From NCBI GenBank assembly GCA_963816185.1, contig CAWFJJ010000024.1, positions 544,001-608,000 on the forward strand: a stretch of DNA of 64,000 nucleotides, in the 5' to 3' direction. This DNA comes from Thermoanaerobaculia bacterium (GTDB taxonomy: Bacteria; Acidobacteriota; Thermoanaerobaculia; UBA5066). Below, in pieces: positions 1 through 9,366 of this stretch. A program made the translations under genes and the position numbers. The stretch's first letter is position 1, and each line of letters starts with the position of its first letter. The notes below the pieces were generated by a model. It had not been told where the DNA came from, did no database searches, and worked only from the letters and a program-made list of their open reading frames with translations.

Positions 1-1272
1 GTGCTCACGCTCGACAAGCACGGAGAGACGGTCAAGGCAGAATTCTTTCGCTCGTTGATTCGGAGTCGCGCAAGACTGACGTACACGCAGGTAGGAGGGT
101 TGATCGAGGATTTCTTAGAAAGTGAAGAAGGAAACGCCTCTCGCAGCGCGGCGGCCGAGCCCTTGCCGCATTCACCTTCTAAGAAATCCCCGTTCTCTTC
201 GGACGTTGCTTCCATGCTCCGCGTCGCGCAGAAGGCGTCGGGTCTTCTCCGAGCAAAAAGATCCCGCCGCGGCTCCCTCGACTTCGACCTGCCGGACGCG
301 GACGTCATCCTCGGCGAAGGGGGAGACGTCGTCGAGATCATCCGGGCCGTGCGCAACGAGGCGCACCGCCTCATCGAGGAGTTCATGCTGGCCGCGAACG
401 AGGCAGTCGCCAAGCACCTCGAGTTCGTCCCGACGCCGGCTCTCTACCGCGTGCATGACAGGCCGGACGAGAGCCGCCTCGCGGACCTGAGGGTCGTGCT
501 CGGGCCGCTCGGCTACGACCTTCCCGAAGACGAGGAAGAGGTCACGCCCGCCACGTTCCAGACCATCCTCGACCAGGCGGCGGGAAAGCCCGAAGAGCGG
601 TTCGTCTCGGATCTCGTCCTGCGCGCCCAGAAGAAAGCCATCTACTCCGAGGAGTGCCGCGGGCACTACGCGCTCGCGGCGAAGCACTACTGCCACTTCA
701 CGTCGCCGATCAGGCGCTACCCGGACCTCCTCGTCCACCGGGCGCTCGTGGAGTGGCTCGCCATCCGCCGCCCGCCCGCCGCCGAGGAGGCGGAAGGGCG
801 CACGCGCTGGTTCCACGAGGCGGCGGCGCACTGTTCGTCGCGCGAGAGGCGCGCCGAGTCGGCCGAGCGCGAGGCCGTGGCGTGGAAGAAGTTCGTCTTC
901 CTGTCGTCGCGCGTGGGCGAGGAATTCTGGGCGTACGTCTCGGCGGTCGTGGGCTTCGGCCTCTTCGTCACGCTCGAGGACATCTACGTGGACGGCCTCG
1001 TGCCGATCTCGTCGCTCGAGGACGACTTCTATCGCTTCGAGGACGTCGAGCACCGTCTCGTGGGCTCCTCTTCGGGGCGCGTCTACCGGCTCGGGGACCG
1101 CCTCCGGGTGAAGCTCGTCAAGGCGGACGCGGAAAAGCGCGGCCTGGACTTCGTGCCTGTGGGCGACAGCGCCGGGCCGCGGCGAAAGAGCCGCGTCGAA
1201 GCCATCGAGCGGCAGCGACAGCAGCGCGGACGACGCCGGTCCCCCGCCCCACACGGCCGGGCGCGGCGATAG
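1..1272 (+). CDS. rnr: Ribonuclease R, C-terminal part (5' end outside window)
   Basis: RNB motifs AHRLIEEFMLAANEAVA and HFTSPIRRYPDLLVHR, then an S1 domain and a basic tail. Confidence 0.95.
   Translation: MLTLDKHGETVKAEFFRSLIRSRARLTYTQVGGLIEDFLESEEGNASRSAAAEPLPHSPSKKSPFSSDVASMLRVAQKASGLLRAKRSRRGSLDFDLPDADVILGEGGDVVEIIRAVRNEAHRLIEEFMLAANEAVAKHLEFVPTPALYRVHDRPDESRLADLRVVLGPLGYDLPEDEEEVTPATFQTILDQAAGKPEERFVSDLVLRAQKKAIYSEECRGHYALAAKHYCHFTSPIRRYPDLLVHRALVEWLAIRRPPAAEEAEGRTRWFHEAAAHCSSRERRAESAEREAVAWKKFVFLSSRVGEEFWAYVSAVVGFGLFVTLEDIYVDGLVPISSLEDDFYRFEDVEHRLVGSSSGRVYRLGDRLRVKLVKADAEKRGLDFVPVGDSAGPRRKSRVEAIERQRQQRGRRRSPAPHGRARR
108..189. repeat. AT-rich inverted repeat inside rnr (19-bp arms, 1 mismatch)
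   Basis: GGATTTCTTAGAAAGTGAA (108-126) and TTCACCTTCTAAGAAATCC (171-189) read directly; the same motif recurs at 58896. Confidence 0.85.
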
Positions 1273-2589
1273 GTGAGCGCCTTCAGGGTCGTCCTCGTCG
1301 GCCGCCCGAACGTCGGGAAATCGGCCCTCTTCAACCGGCTGGCGCGCGAGCGGCGGGCGCTCGTGCACGACCGACCGGGGATGACGCGCGACGCGCTCGA
1401 GATGACGGCGAAAACGCCGTCGGGCCGCCCGTACACGCTCGTGGACACGGGGGGGCTCGATCTGGACGCCGCGGGCGGCTTCGCCGCGTGGACGAGCGAC
1501 CGCGCGCTCGCGGCGGTGGCGGATGCCGACCTCATTCTCTTCGTCCTCGACGGGGTGGCCGGACGCCTTCCCGAGGACGAGCGCCTCGCCCGGCGGCTTC
1601 ATGCGCTCGGCAAGAAGGTCGTCGTGGCGTGGAACAAGTGCGACACGAAGACCGCGGCCGAGGCGCTTGCCGACGGCTTCGCGCTCGGCTTCCCGAAAGT
1701 CATCGGGGTCTCGGCGCTTCACGGCACGGGCGCGGACGAGCTTCTCGAGGCGATCGAAGAAGCCCTCCCGGCCGACCTCGACCCTGAGACGCGCAAGGCG
1801 CCTCTCCCGATCGCGATCGTGGGCCGGCCGAACGTCGGAAAGTCCTCTCTCGTGAACGCGCTCGTCGAAAAGGACCGTGTCATGGTGTCGGAGATCCCCG
1901 GCACGACGCGCGACTCCATCGACGTGCGCCTCTCGCGGGGCGGCCGCGAATACGTCTTTCTGGACACCGCGGGCATTCGCCGAAAAGGGAAGACGACCGA
2001 CTCTGCGGAGCTTCTCTCGATCGTCGCCGCCCGGAAGGCCATCGACCGGGCGCGCCTCGTCGTCATCGTGTTCGACGCCTCCGCCGGCATCACGTCGCAG
2101 GACGCCACGATCGCGGGTTATGCGGAAGAGGCGGGCCGCGGCGTCCTCCTCGTCGCGAACAAGTGGGATCTCGTCGAGAAGGACCGCGAGAGGACGGCGG
2201 AGCTCAAGCGCGACGCGGAGCGCCGGTTCATCTTCCTGCGCCGCGCCCCGTTCCTGCCGCTTTCGGCCACGACGGGAAAGGGCGTTCCGCGTCTCCTTCC
2301 CGAGGCCGACGCGCTCGCGAAACGGTTCGCGACGCGCATGTCGACGGGCGAGCTGAATCGCCTGCTGCAGAAATCGTTCGAGCGCGAGTCGCCCCGCTCG
2401 CGCTCGGGCCGGGACCTGAAGATCCGCTATGCCGTGCAGGTCGCCACCGAGCCTCCTCTCGTCCGGATCTTCGCCGACCGGACCGAGGCGCTTCACTTCT
2501 CGTTCGAGCGGTTCCTCCAGAACCGCATCCGGGAGAAGTGGAACCTGAACGGCGTGCCTCTCAAATTCGTGGTCAAAAAGGACGACTGA
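1273..2589 (+). CDS. der: Ribosome biogenesis GTPase Der/EngA
   Basis: Two GRPNVGKS P-loops, DTGG/DTAG, NKCD/NKWD, KH-like C-terminus. Confidence 0.97.
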   Translation: MSAFRVVLVGRPNVGKSALFNRLARERRALVHDRPGMTRDALEMTAKTPSGRPYTLVDTGGLDLDAAGGFAAWTSDRALAAVADADLILFVLDGVAGRLPEDERLARRLHALGKKVVVAWNKCDTKTAAEALADGFALGFPKVIGVSALHGTGADELLEAIEEALPADLDPETRKAPLPIAIVGRPNVGKSSLVNALVEKDRVMVSEIPGTTRDSIDVRLSRGGREYVFLDTAGIRRKGKTTDSAELLSIVAARKAIDRARLVVIVFDASAGITSQDATIAGYAEEAGRGVLLVANKWDLVEKDRERTAELKRDAERRFIFLRRAPFLPLSATTGKGVPRLLPEADALAKRFATRMSTGELNRLLQKSFERESPRSRSGRDLKIRYAVQVATEPPLVRIFADRTEALHFSFERFLQNRIREKWNLNGVPLKFVVKKDD

Positions 2590-2644
2590 CCCTTCGGATC
2601 GGCCGATCGATGTGTTAAAAAGAGTGGGACGAAACACTGACGAA

Positions 2645-3193
2645 ATGGCCGAAACGACGAGCGAAAACGCCGAGGTCCGCTACAAGATCGGGGATGTCTG
2701 CCGCATCGCGGACGTGCAGCCGTACGTTCTCAGGTATTGGGAGTCCGAGTTTCCCGTCCTCGCGCCCGACCGCTCTGTTCCCGGCCCGCGCACGTACACC
2801 GCGCGCGAGCTGGATCTCATCGGGCAGATCAAGAGGCTTCTCTACGACGAGGGCTACACGATCGCGGGCGCCAAGAAGCGCCTCGAGAGCGATACCTCGG
2901 GGGCGAAGTCGCACGACACGAATCCGGCGATCATTCCGCTCGAGGACGTGAAGGACGAGAAGTCCGAGAAAGCGAAGCCGGGCCGGCCTTCCGAGAAGGT
3001 GCCGGTGCGTACGCGGCCTTCCTCGAAGCCTGCCATGCCGTTGTTCGTCGAAACCGCTCCCATGGCCGGCCCGGGCGCGCCTCCGGCGCCTTCCGGTGTC
3101 GGACCCGCGGAGGTCGAGGCCGCCCAAGCGCCGGACCCCCGGCTCGCGCAGGTCGTCGCGGAGCTCAAGGAGATCCTGAAGCTGGTTTCCTAG
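2645..3193 (+). CDS. MerR-family transcriptional regulator
   Basis: YKIGDV...PYVLRYWESEF HTH; this family commonly lies upstream of tRNA-Pro(GGG); ATG at 2645 chosen as start. Confidence 0.9.
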   Translation: MAETTSENAEVRYKIGDVCRIADVQPYVLRYWESEFPVLAPDRSVPGPRTYTARELDLIGQIKRLLYDEGYTIAGAKKRLESDTSGAKSHDTNPAIIPLEDVKDEKSEKAKPGRPSEKVPVRTRPSSKPAMPLFVETAPMAGPGAPPAPSGVGPAEVEAAQAPDPRLAQVVAELKEILKLVS

Positions 3194-3226
3194 TCGCGCG
3201 CCGATGAATACCGTGGCGATCGCTTC

Positions 3227-4015
3227 GTGATCGAGCCGCCCGATTCGGCCGGGACGCGGCGGGACCGCCCCGATACGTACGTGGCCCGCGCCCTGCTCGG
3301 AGCGGCCTTCGCTCTCGGAGGCTTCGGGCTCCTGCTCTTCGCCGGCTTCCTCTTCGCGGGCCACCTCCACCTCACCGACCTCGGCCTCGGCAGGACGGCG
3401 GCGCTCGGCTGGGACGCCTTGCTGAGTCTGGCCTTCTTCGCCCAGCACAGCGGCATGGTCAGACGAAGCTTCCAGCGCCGGCTCGCGACGGCGGTGGCCC
3501 CTCACCTCCATGCGGCTCTCTACGCCCTCGTGTCGGGCCTCGTTCTGATCGCCCTCGTCGCTTTCTGGCAGGTCTCGGGTGAGTCCTTGATCAGCCCGCC
3601 GGCTTCGCTTCACTGGCTGCTCCGCGCCCTCTTCGCCGCGGGCGTGGCGGGAATGGTCTGGGGGCTTCGAGCGGTGCCGTCATTCGACCCCTTCGGCCGG
3701 GGACCGATCCTCGCGGATCTCCGCGGCCGTGCAGCGCCGCGTGCCCCCTTCGTCGTCGAAGGGCCCTACCGCCTGGTCCGCCATCCGCTCTACGCCTCGA
3801 CTCTCGTCCTGATCTGGTCGTGTCCCGAGTTTTCCGCCGACCGTTTGCTGTTCGACGTTCTCTGGACCGCGTGGATCGTCGCCGGCACCCGACTCGAGGA
3901 GAGGGATCTGGTGGCCGAGTTCGGCGATGCCTATCGCGGCTATCAGAGACGCGTGCCCATGCTGCTGCCGAGATGGCCCAGACACGCGCAGCCGGCTCGG
4001 ACGGAACGACAGTGA
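3227..4015 (+). CDS. Membrane methyltransferase (ICMT/PEMT/NnrU, MddA-like family)
   Basis: Several TM segments, FFAQHSGM, GPYRLVRHPLY, EERDLVAEFGDAYRGYQRRVPML. Confidence 0.8.
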   Translation: MIEPPDSAGTRRDRPDTYVARALLGAAFALGGFGLLLFAGFLFAGHLHLTDLGLGRTAALGWDALLSLAFFAQHSGMVRRSFQRRLATAVAPHLHAALYALVSGLVLIALVAFWQVSGESLISPPASLHWLLRALFAAGVAGMVWGLRAVPSFDPFGRGPILADLRGRAAPRAPFVVEGPYRLVRHPLYASTLVLIWSCPEFSADRLLFDVLWTAWIVAGTRLEERDLVAEFGDAYRGYQRRVPMLLPRWPRHAQPARTERQ

Positions 4016-4093
4016 CGGTCACACCTCGTGCTTCACGGCATGGTATAAACCACTACCCCCGAAGGGCTTCTGCTCTTCGATGTTGTCCTCGGT

Positions 4094-4170
4094 CGGGACG
4101 TGGCGCAGCCTGGTAGCGTACTTGAATGGGGTTCAAGGGGTCGCGGGTTCGAATCCCGCCGTCCCGACCA
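4094..4170 (+). tRNA. tRNA-Pro (GGG)
   Basis: Cloverleaf with acceptor CGGGACG/CGTCCCG, anticodon arm CTTGA-ATGGGGT-TCAAG, T-loop TTCGAAT, encoded CCA. Confidence 0.97.
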
Positions 4171-4189
4171 TTTCGGAGAACGGACCGCG

Positions 4190-4420
4190 ATGAAGGGAAC
4201 ACTCTCTAGTTCCACGGATTCCGCTTGGATCTATCGCCTCGACGACGGCAGCGTCCGCTCTTGGGCCCCGGCCTACATCTGCGACAAGGTACTCGGGAGA
4301 TTGCAGGGGTTGACGGCGAAGGTAACGATCGACTTCAGCGGCGTGTTCGTCCAGTCGGGGCCGCCGCGTGAACTGTATTTCCTCCCTGAAGATCTAGCGG
4401 TCGGCGTGCCGGTCGGATAA
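4190..4420 (+). CDS. Small hypothetical protein (76 aa)
   Basis: ATG 4190 with GGAG upstream, just after the tRNA; no recognised motif. Confidence 0.4.
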   Translation: MKGTLSSSTDSAWIYRLDDGSVRSWAPAYICDKVLGRLQGLTAKVTIDFSGVFVQSGPPRELYFLPEDLAVGVPVG

Positions 4421-4508
4421 CAGGCCTTTGAGCGCTTTGAAATGGAAGCCGGGGAGGCGATTCATACCCCTCTAGACTAAAGGAAAACGGCCGCGGACGG
4501 AGGCGACC

Positions 4509-4985
4509 ATGTGGAACGTCGAGGTCCTTACGCAGAGTACGGCGGCGATTTGCTGGGAGGCGTGCGCACGGATGATGTGGTACTGGAGGCACGCCTCCGA
4601 GTCTGCCGACGACCGGCGCGCTTCGTACCTCAGGAAGGCGGGCCAGTTCGCGACGCTGAACCGAGGAATGCAGGAGCCGGAGATGAACATCTTTTACACG
4701 CAGCTCGAAATGCGCTCGAACCGGAGCGCCGGCGCGTCGGCTCTTCGCACCGCTTTGACGACCAGCCCGGTCGTTCTCGTCCTCGGGCGCCACGAAACAC
4801 GGCACGCCTGCCTCTGCGCGGGGTTCACGCCGGGGCGCCGGCCCACGTACCGGATCGTCAATCCCTGCTCCTCCCTGGCGATCGACTTCGTGACGGACAG
4901 CGAGGTCTGCACGGCGAGCGGGACGTCGGACATCGGGGCGCGAAATGTCGAGTCGCGAATGGGCAGCTGGATCTGGTTCTGGTGA
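4509..4985 (+). CDS. Papain-like cysteine protease (AvrRpt2/C70-C39-like)
   Basis: Q-x5-CWEACARM nucleophile motif, RHA (His), IVNP (Asn); GGAGG SD. Confidence 0.7.
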   Translation: MWNVEVLTQSTAAICWEACARMMWYWRHASESADDRRASYLRKAGQFATLNRGMQEPEMNIFYTQLEMRSNRSAGASALRTALTTSPVVLVLGRHETRHACLCAGFTPGRRPTYRIVNPCSSLAIDFVTDSEVCTASGTSDIGARNVESRMGSWIWFW

Positions 4986-5022
4986 TGCTCGCCGAGCGCA
5001 GATATCGCCCGGAGGGCGGGCC

Positions 5023-7524
5023 TCAGCCCTCGAACCTCACGGGCACGGGCGCCACCCGCCAGATCTCCTCGGCGTACTCGCGCACGGCTCGGTCGGATGA
5101 GAACGGGCCCATGGCGGCGACGTTCAGGATCGACATCCGCGTCCAGAGATCCGTTCCGAAGACCTTCGCCGCGCGATCCTGCGTCGAGACGTAGGACGCG
5201 AAGTCGGCGCAGTTGAAAAAGCGGTCCCGCCCGAGCAGCTCGTCCACGATCGGAAGGAAGACCCCTTCCTCCGGCCCGGAGAGGCCCGGAATCTCGGCGA
5301 TCGCGCGCTCGAGCTCGGCGCTCGCGGCCACGTGGCGCTTCGGATCGTCGCGCGCCCTCCGGAGCGCCGCGATCTCGTCGGCCTTCTTCCCAAAGATGAA
5401 GATGTTCTCCGGCCCGACGGCTTCGAGGATTTCGATGTTCGCGCCGTCGAGAGTCCCGATCGTGACGCCGCCGTTCAGCGCCGCCTTCATGTTGCCGGTG
5501 CCCGAAGCCTCGTATCCGGCCGTCGAGATCTGCTCGGAGAGATCCCCGGCAGGGAAGATCTTCTCGGCGCACGAGACCCCGTAGTTCGGGAAGAAGAAGA
5601 CCGAGAGCTTCCGCCTCATGGCGGGGTCGCTGTTGACGGCCTCGGCCACGGCGCTGAGGAAGCGGATCACGAGCTTGGCCATCGCGTAGCCCGGCGCCGC
5701 CTTGCCCGCGAAGAGGACGGTTCGCGGGGGCCCGGCGTCCACGCCGTCCCGGATCCTCCGGCGGAGGGCGAGCACGTGGAGGGCGTTCAGAACCTGGCGC
5801 TTGTATTCGTGGATTCTCTTGACCTGCACATCGAGCATCGCGTCCGGGTCGAAGACGAACCCGTGGAGGCGGCTGCAGATGCCGGACAGCTGCGCCTTGT
5901 TCGCGCGCTTGACCGCCGTCCAGCGCTCCCGGAAGGACGAGTCCTCCGAAACGGTCCGGAGCCTCGCGAGCTCGTCGAGGTTCGTGATCCATTTCTCGCC
6001 GATCGCCTCCGTGATCAGGGAGGCGAGGCCGGGGTTGCACTTCAGGAGCCACCGGCGCGGCGTGACGCCGTTCGTCTTGTTCTGGAAGCGACCCGGGAAG
6101 AGCTCGTGGAAGTCGCGGAAGGTGTCGGTCTTGAGGATCTCCGTGTGGATCTTCGACACGCCGTTGACGGCGTGGCTCCCGACGATCGCGAGGTGGGACA
6201 TGCGGACGACGCCGCCGTTCTCGCCGCCGAGGATGGCCGTTCGCTCGACTCTCTCCTCGTCGCCGGGGAAGCGGTCGCGGGCGCGCGCGCGGAACCGGCG
6301 GTCGATCTCCTCGATGATCTGGAGGTGCCGAGGGAGGAGCTTGCGGAAGATCGCCACGGGCCACGCCTCGAGAGCCTCCGGCAGGACGGTGTGGTTCGTG
6401 AAGGCGAACACGGCCTGGGTGATTTCCCACGCGCGTTCCCAGTCGAGCTTCTCCCGGTCGACGAGCAGGCGCATGAGGCCCGGGATCGCGACGGCCGGGT
6501 GCGTGTCGTTGAGCTGGATCGCGACCTTGTCTGGAAGCTCCTCCCAGCGGCGGTCCTGCTTCTTGAATCGCCGGAGCACATCCTGGAGCGTCGCCGACAC
6601 GAAGAAGTACTGCTGCTTGAGGCGCAGCTCCTTGCCCGCAAGCTGGTCGTCCGGCGGGTAGAGAACCTTCGAGATGTTCTCGCTCCGCGTCTTGTTCTCG
6701 ACGGCGTGGACGTAGTCGCCGGCGTTGAACGTCGCGAGGTCGAACTCGCGCGTCGAGCGTGCGGACCACAGGCGCAAGGAGTTCACGGTGTCGTTCCGGT
6801 AACCCGGCACGGGCACGTCGTAAGCCATCGCGTAGACGTCCTCGGTGTCCACCCAGTCCGCCCGGACGTCGCCCGCCTCGTCCCGGAACGTGATCGTGCG
6901 CCCGTAGAGCTGGATCGGGATCAGGGAGTCGGGCCGAGGGATCTCCCAGGGATTCCCGTACCGGAGCCAGTTGTCCGGCGCCTCGACCTGCTGCCCGTCT
7001 CGGATGCGCTGGCGGAAGATTCCGTACTCGTAGCGGATGCCGTAGCCGAAGAACGGAAGGGCGAGCGCCGAAGCCGAGTCGATGAAGCAGGCGGCGAGGC
7101 GGCCGAGGCCGCCGTTCCCGAGAGCGGGGTCGACCTCCCGCTCCGCGATGTTGGCGAGGTCGTAGCCGAGTTTCTCGATCGCCCGGGCGTACGCGGGATG
7201 AGCGCCGAGGCTGAGGATGTTGTTCAGGAGGAGCCGGCCCGGCAGGAACTCCATCGAGAGGTAGTACACGCGCTTGGCGTCCGAGCGGTAGTAGGCGTCC
7301 TGGGTCAGGAACCAGCGTTCCATGAGGCGGTCCCGGACCGCGTGGGCGAGCGCATGGTAGATGTCGAGCTCGGCGGCCGTGAACTCGTCCTTGGCCACCG
7401 CGTACATCATGTTCTCCGCGAAGGACTCCACGATCCCGGGCACGTCGAGATGTCCGGACACGGGCTTCGGAATTCGCCGTGGCGACGGGCTCCCGGGGTC
7501 GCTGGGGTCGGCTTCGTGGTCCAT
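5023..7524 (-). CDS. glgP: Glycogen/alpha-glucan phosphorylase
   Basis: [34 protein letters not shown] motif. Confidence 0.97.
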   Translation of the reverse strand: MDHEADPSDPGSPSPRRIPKPVSGHLDVPGIVESFAENMMYAVAKDEFTAAELDIYHALAHAVRDRLMERWFLTQDAYYRSDAKRVYYLSMEFLPGRLLLNNILSLGAHPAYARAIEKLGYDLANIAEREVDPALGNGGLGRLAACFIDSASALALPFFGYGIRYEYGIFRQRIRDGQQVEAPDNWLRYGNPWEIPRPDSLIPIQLYGRTITFRDEAGDVRADWVDTEDVYAMAYDVPVPGYRNDTVNSLRLWSARSTREFDLATFNAGDYVHAVENKTRSENISKVLYPPDDQLAGKELRLKQQYFFVSATLQDVLRRFKKQDRRWEELPDKVAIQLNDTHPAVAIPGLMRLLVDREKLDWERAWEITQAVFAFTNHTVLPEALEAWPVAIFRKLLPRHLQIIEEIDRRFRARARDRFPGDEERVERTAILGGENGGVVRMSHLAIVGSHAVNGVSKIHTEILKTDTFRDFHELFPGRFQNKTNGVTPRRWLLKCNPGLASLITEAIGEKWITNLDELARLRTVSEDSSFRERWTAVKRANKAQLSGICSRLHGFVFDPDAMLDVQVKRIHEYKRQVLNALHVLALRRRIRDGVDAGPPRTVLFAGKAAPGYAMAKLVIRFLSAVAEAVNSDPAMRRKLSVFFFPNYGVSCAEKIFPAGDLSEQISTAGYEASGTGNMKAALNGGVTIGTLDGANIEILEAVGPENIFIFGKKADEIAALRRARDDPKRHVAASAELERAIAEIPGLSGPEEGVFLPIVDELLGRDRFFNCADFASYVSTQDRAAKVFGTDLWTRMSILNVAAMGPFSSDRAVREYAEEIWRVAPVPVRFEG

Positions 7525-7635
7525 GCCCGGGATTCTAGGAGCGCGGGTTCACCCGCGCTCGGACAGGATCGTCCCGCTCAACAGGCGTTCGCCGCGCGTA
7601 AGATGTCGGGTTGCCTACGAACGGAGAGGACGAAC

Positions 7636-8781
7636 ATGATCGATTTTTCGCTGACCGAAGAGCAGGTTCAGCTCCAGGAGCTGGCCCGAAAATTCGCCAA
7701 GGAAGAGATCAGCCCGAAGGCGGCCTACCACGATCAGACAGGCGAGTTCCCGCGCGAGATCGTGCGGAAAGCCTGGGAGATCGGGCTGATGAACACGCAC
7801 GTCCCCGCCGAGTACGGCGGTCTGGGGCTCGGCGTCCTGGACGGCTGCCTCATCACCGAGGAGCTCGCCTACGGCTGCACGGGGATCGCGACCGCGATGG
7901 AGGCGAACGGCCTCGCCGCGGCGCCCGTCATCGTGGCCGGCAACGAGGATCAGAAGAAAGAGTTCCTCGGCGGGCTGACGAGGGAATTCCTCCTCGCCGC
8001 CTACTGCGTGACCGAGCCGGGAGCCGGCTCCGACGTGGCCGGCATCAGGACCATTGCGAAGCGGGTCGGCGACGACTACGTGATCAACGGCGAGAAGATG
8101 TGGATCACGAATGCCAGCGTCGCGAGCTGGTACTTCCTTCTCGCGTACACGGACCCCGCCGCCAAGCACCGGGGAATGTCGGGCTTCATCGTCCCGAGAG
8201 AGACACCGGGCATCACCGTGGGAAAGAAGGAGAAGAACCTCGGGCAGCGCGCCAGCGACACGCGGGCGATCACGTTCGAGGACGTGAAGATCCCGGCGAA
8301 GTACCTCCTCGGCAAGGAAGGCGACGGCTTCAAGATCGCGATGAGCGCCTTCGACCACACGCGCCCGACCGTCTCGTCGGGGGCCGTGGGCCTGGCCCGC
8401 CGCGCCATGGACGAAGCCGTCAAGTACGCGACGGAGCGGTCGACGTTCGGCCAGCCGATCGCGAAGTACCAGGCCGTGAGCTTCATGATCGCGGACATGG
8501 CCAAGGACGTGGAGGCGGCGCGGCTGCTCGTCTGGCAGGCGGCCTGGACGATCGACAACGGCCGCCGCAACACGAAGCTGGCCGCCATCGGCAAGGCGTT
8601 CGCGGCCGACGTCGCGATGCGCGTCACGACGGACGCCGTCCAGGTCTTCGGCGGATACGGTTACTCGCAGGAATACCCGGTCGAGAAGCTGATGCGCGAC
8701 GCCAAGATCTACCAGATCTACGAAGGGACGAGCCAGATCCAGCGCCTCATCATCGCCAAGGAGATCTTCGATCGGCGGTGA
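7636..8781 (+). CDS. Acyl-CoA dehydrogenase (medium-chain type)
   Basis: [40 protein letters not shown]; ATG 7636 with GAGAGG SD. Confidence 0.95.
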   Translation: MIDFSLTEEQVQLQELARKFAKEEISPKAAYHDQTGEFPREIVRKAWEIGLMNTHVPAEYGGLGLGVLDGCLITEELAYGCTGIATAMEANGLAAAPVIVAGNEDQKKEFLGGLTREFLLAAYCVTEPGAGSDVAGIRTIAKRVGDDYVINGEKMWITNASVASWYFLLAYTDPAAKHRGMSGFIVPRETPGITVGKKEKNLGQRASDTRAITFEDVKIPAKYLLGKEGDGFKIAMSAFDHTRPTVSSGAVGLARRAMDEAVKYATERSTFGQPIAKYQAVSFMIADMAKDVEAARLLVWQAAWTIDNGRRNTKLAAIGKAFAADVAMRVTTDAVQVFGGYGYSQEYPVEKLMRDAKIYQIYEGTSQIQRLIIAKEIFDRR

Positions 8782-8793
8782 GAGCCGTCGTCT

Positions 8794-9264
8794 TCAGCGT
8801 TCCCGAAAGACTCGGGCCGTCGTGCGGCGCATCCGAAGCATCGGAGACGCGAAGGGGCGAACGGAGGGGCGAACGGCGGGCCGCGCCATGGGCCTCGGTG
8901 CGGCGGGATGCCCGGCCGAGTGCCTGTGGTGGCGGCCGAACGTCGGTTGGCCCCCGGACCACCCCGGGAGGTAGCTCGGAACGTAGACCGGAGCCTCGGC
9001 GACGACTTCAGGCTCGGGCTCTGTCGTCTCAGGCTCTGGCTCGTAAATCGGGACGAAGACGTCGAGTCTCTGCGGCACCGTGCTTTCGAACGCCGAGAAG
9101 CCTCCGACCGCCTTCCTGCCTTTGCGGAGCTCACGCGCGACGTCCGACAGGCTGCGCGGTGCGGCGCTGACGGGCGGTCTGTCGTTGTCGCCCGAGAGGA
9201 TCAGCGAGACCGTGGGTGGCGGAGCGGCTTCGATCGCTGCAAGAAGGGCGAGGGCCATCAGCAT
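8794..9264 (-). CDS. Hypothetical exported protein
   Basis: Signal-like N-terminus, GGAGGG SD, low-complexity Pro/Glu tail. Confidence 0.55.
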   Translation of the reverse strand: MLMALALLAAIEAAPPPTVSLILSGDNDRPPVSAAPRSLSDVARELRKGRKAVGGFSAFESTVPQRLDVFVPIYEPEPETTEPEPEVVAEAPVYVPSYLPGWSGGQPTFGRHHRHSAGHPAAPRPMARPAVRPSVRPFASPMLRMRRTTARVFRER

Positions 9265-9366
9265 GAGAGGCCCCTCCTACCCATGAGCATAGAGCGCCGA
9301 GATCTCCGCCGCCAGAGAGAATCAGGTCAGGTCTGTGTTCGCCGACCCGTCAAAGGTGCTCGCGGC

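Noticed and set aside
172-2637. 821-aa antisense ORF and the many other long shadow ORFs (e.g. 9350-13180, 11695-15141, 61843-63831)
   Set aside because: They lie opposite or out of frame to well-supported genes; long stop-free frames are expected in high-GC DNA
4150-4170. tRNA-Pro 3' end as the attachment site of a large island
   Set aside because: No direct repeat of the tRNA end and no integrase or transposase found by eye in the window
5332-7635. Apparent 1149-aa fusion extending the acyl-CoA dehydrogenase
   Set aside because: The extension is antisense to glgP; the real start is ATG 7636 with an SD
8853-8880. Short tandem repeat GGGGCGAACGG x2-3
   Set aside because: It encodes a low-complexity AVRPSVRP tail; too short to be informative
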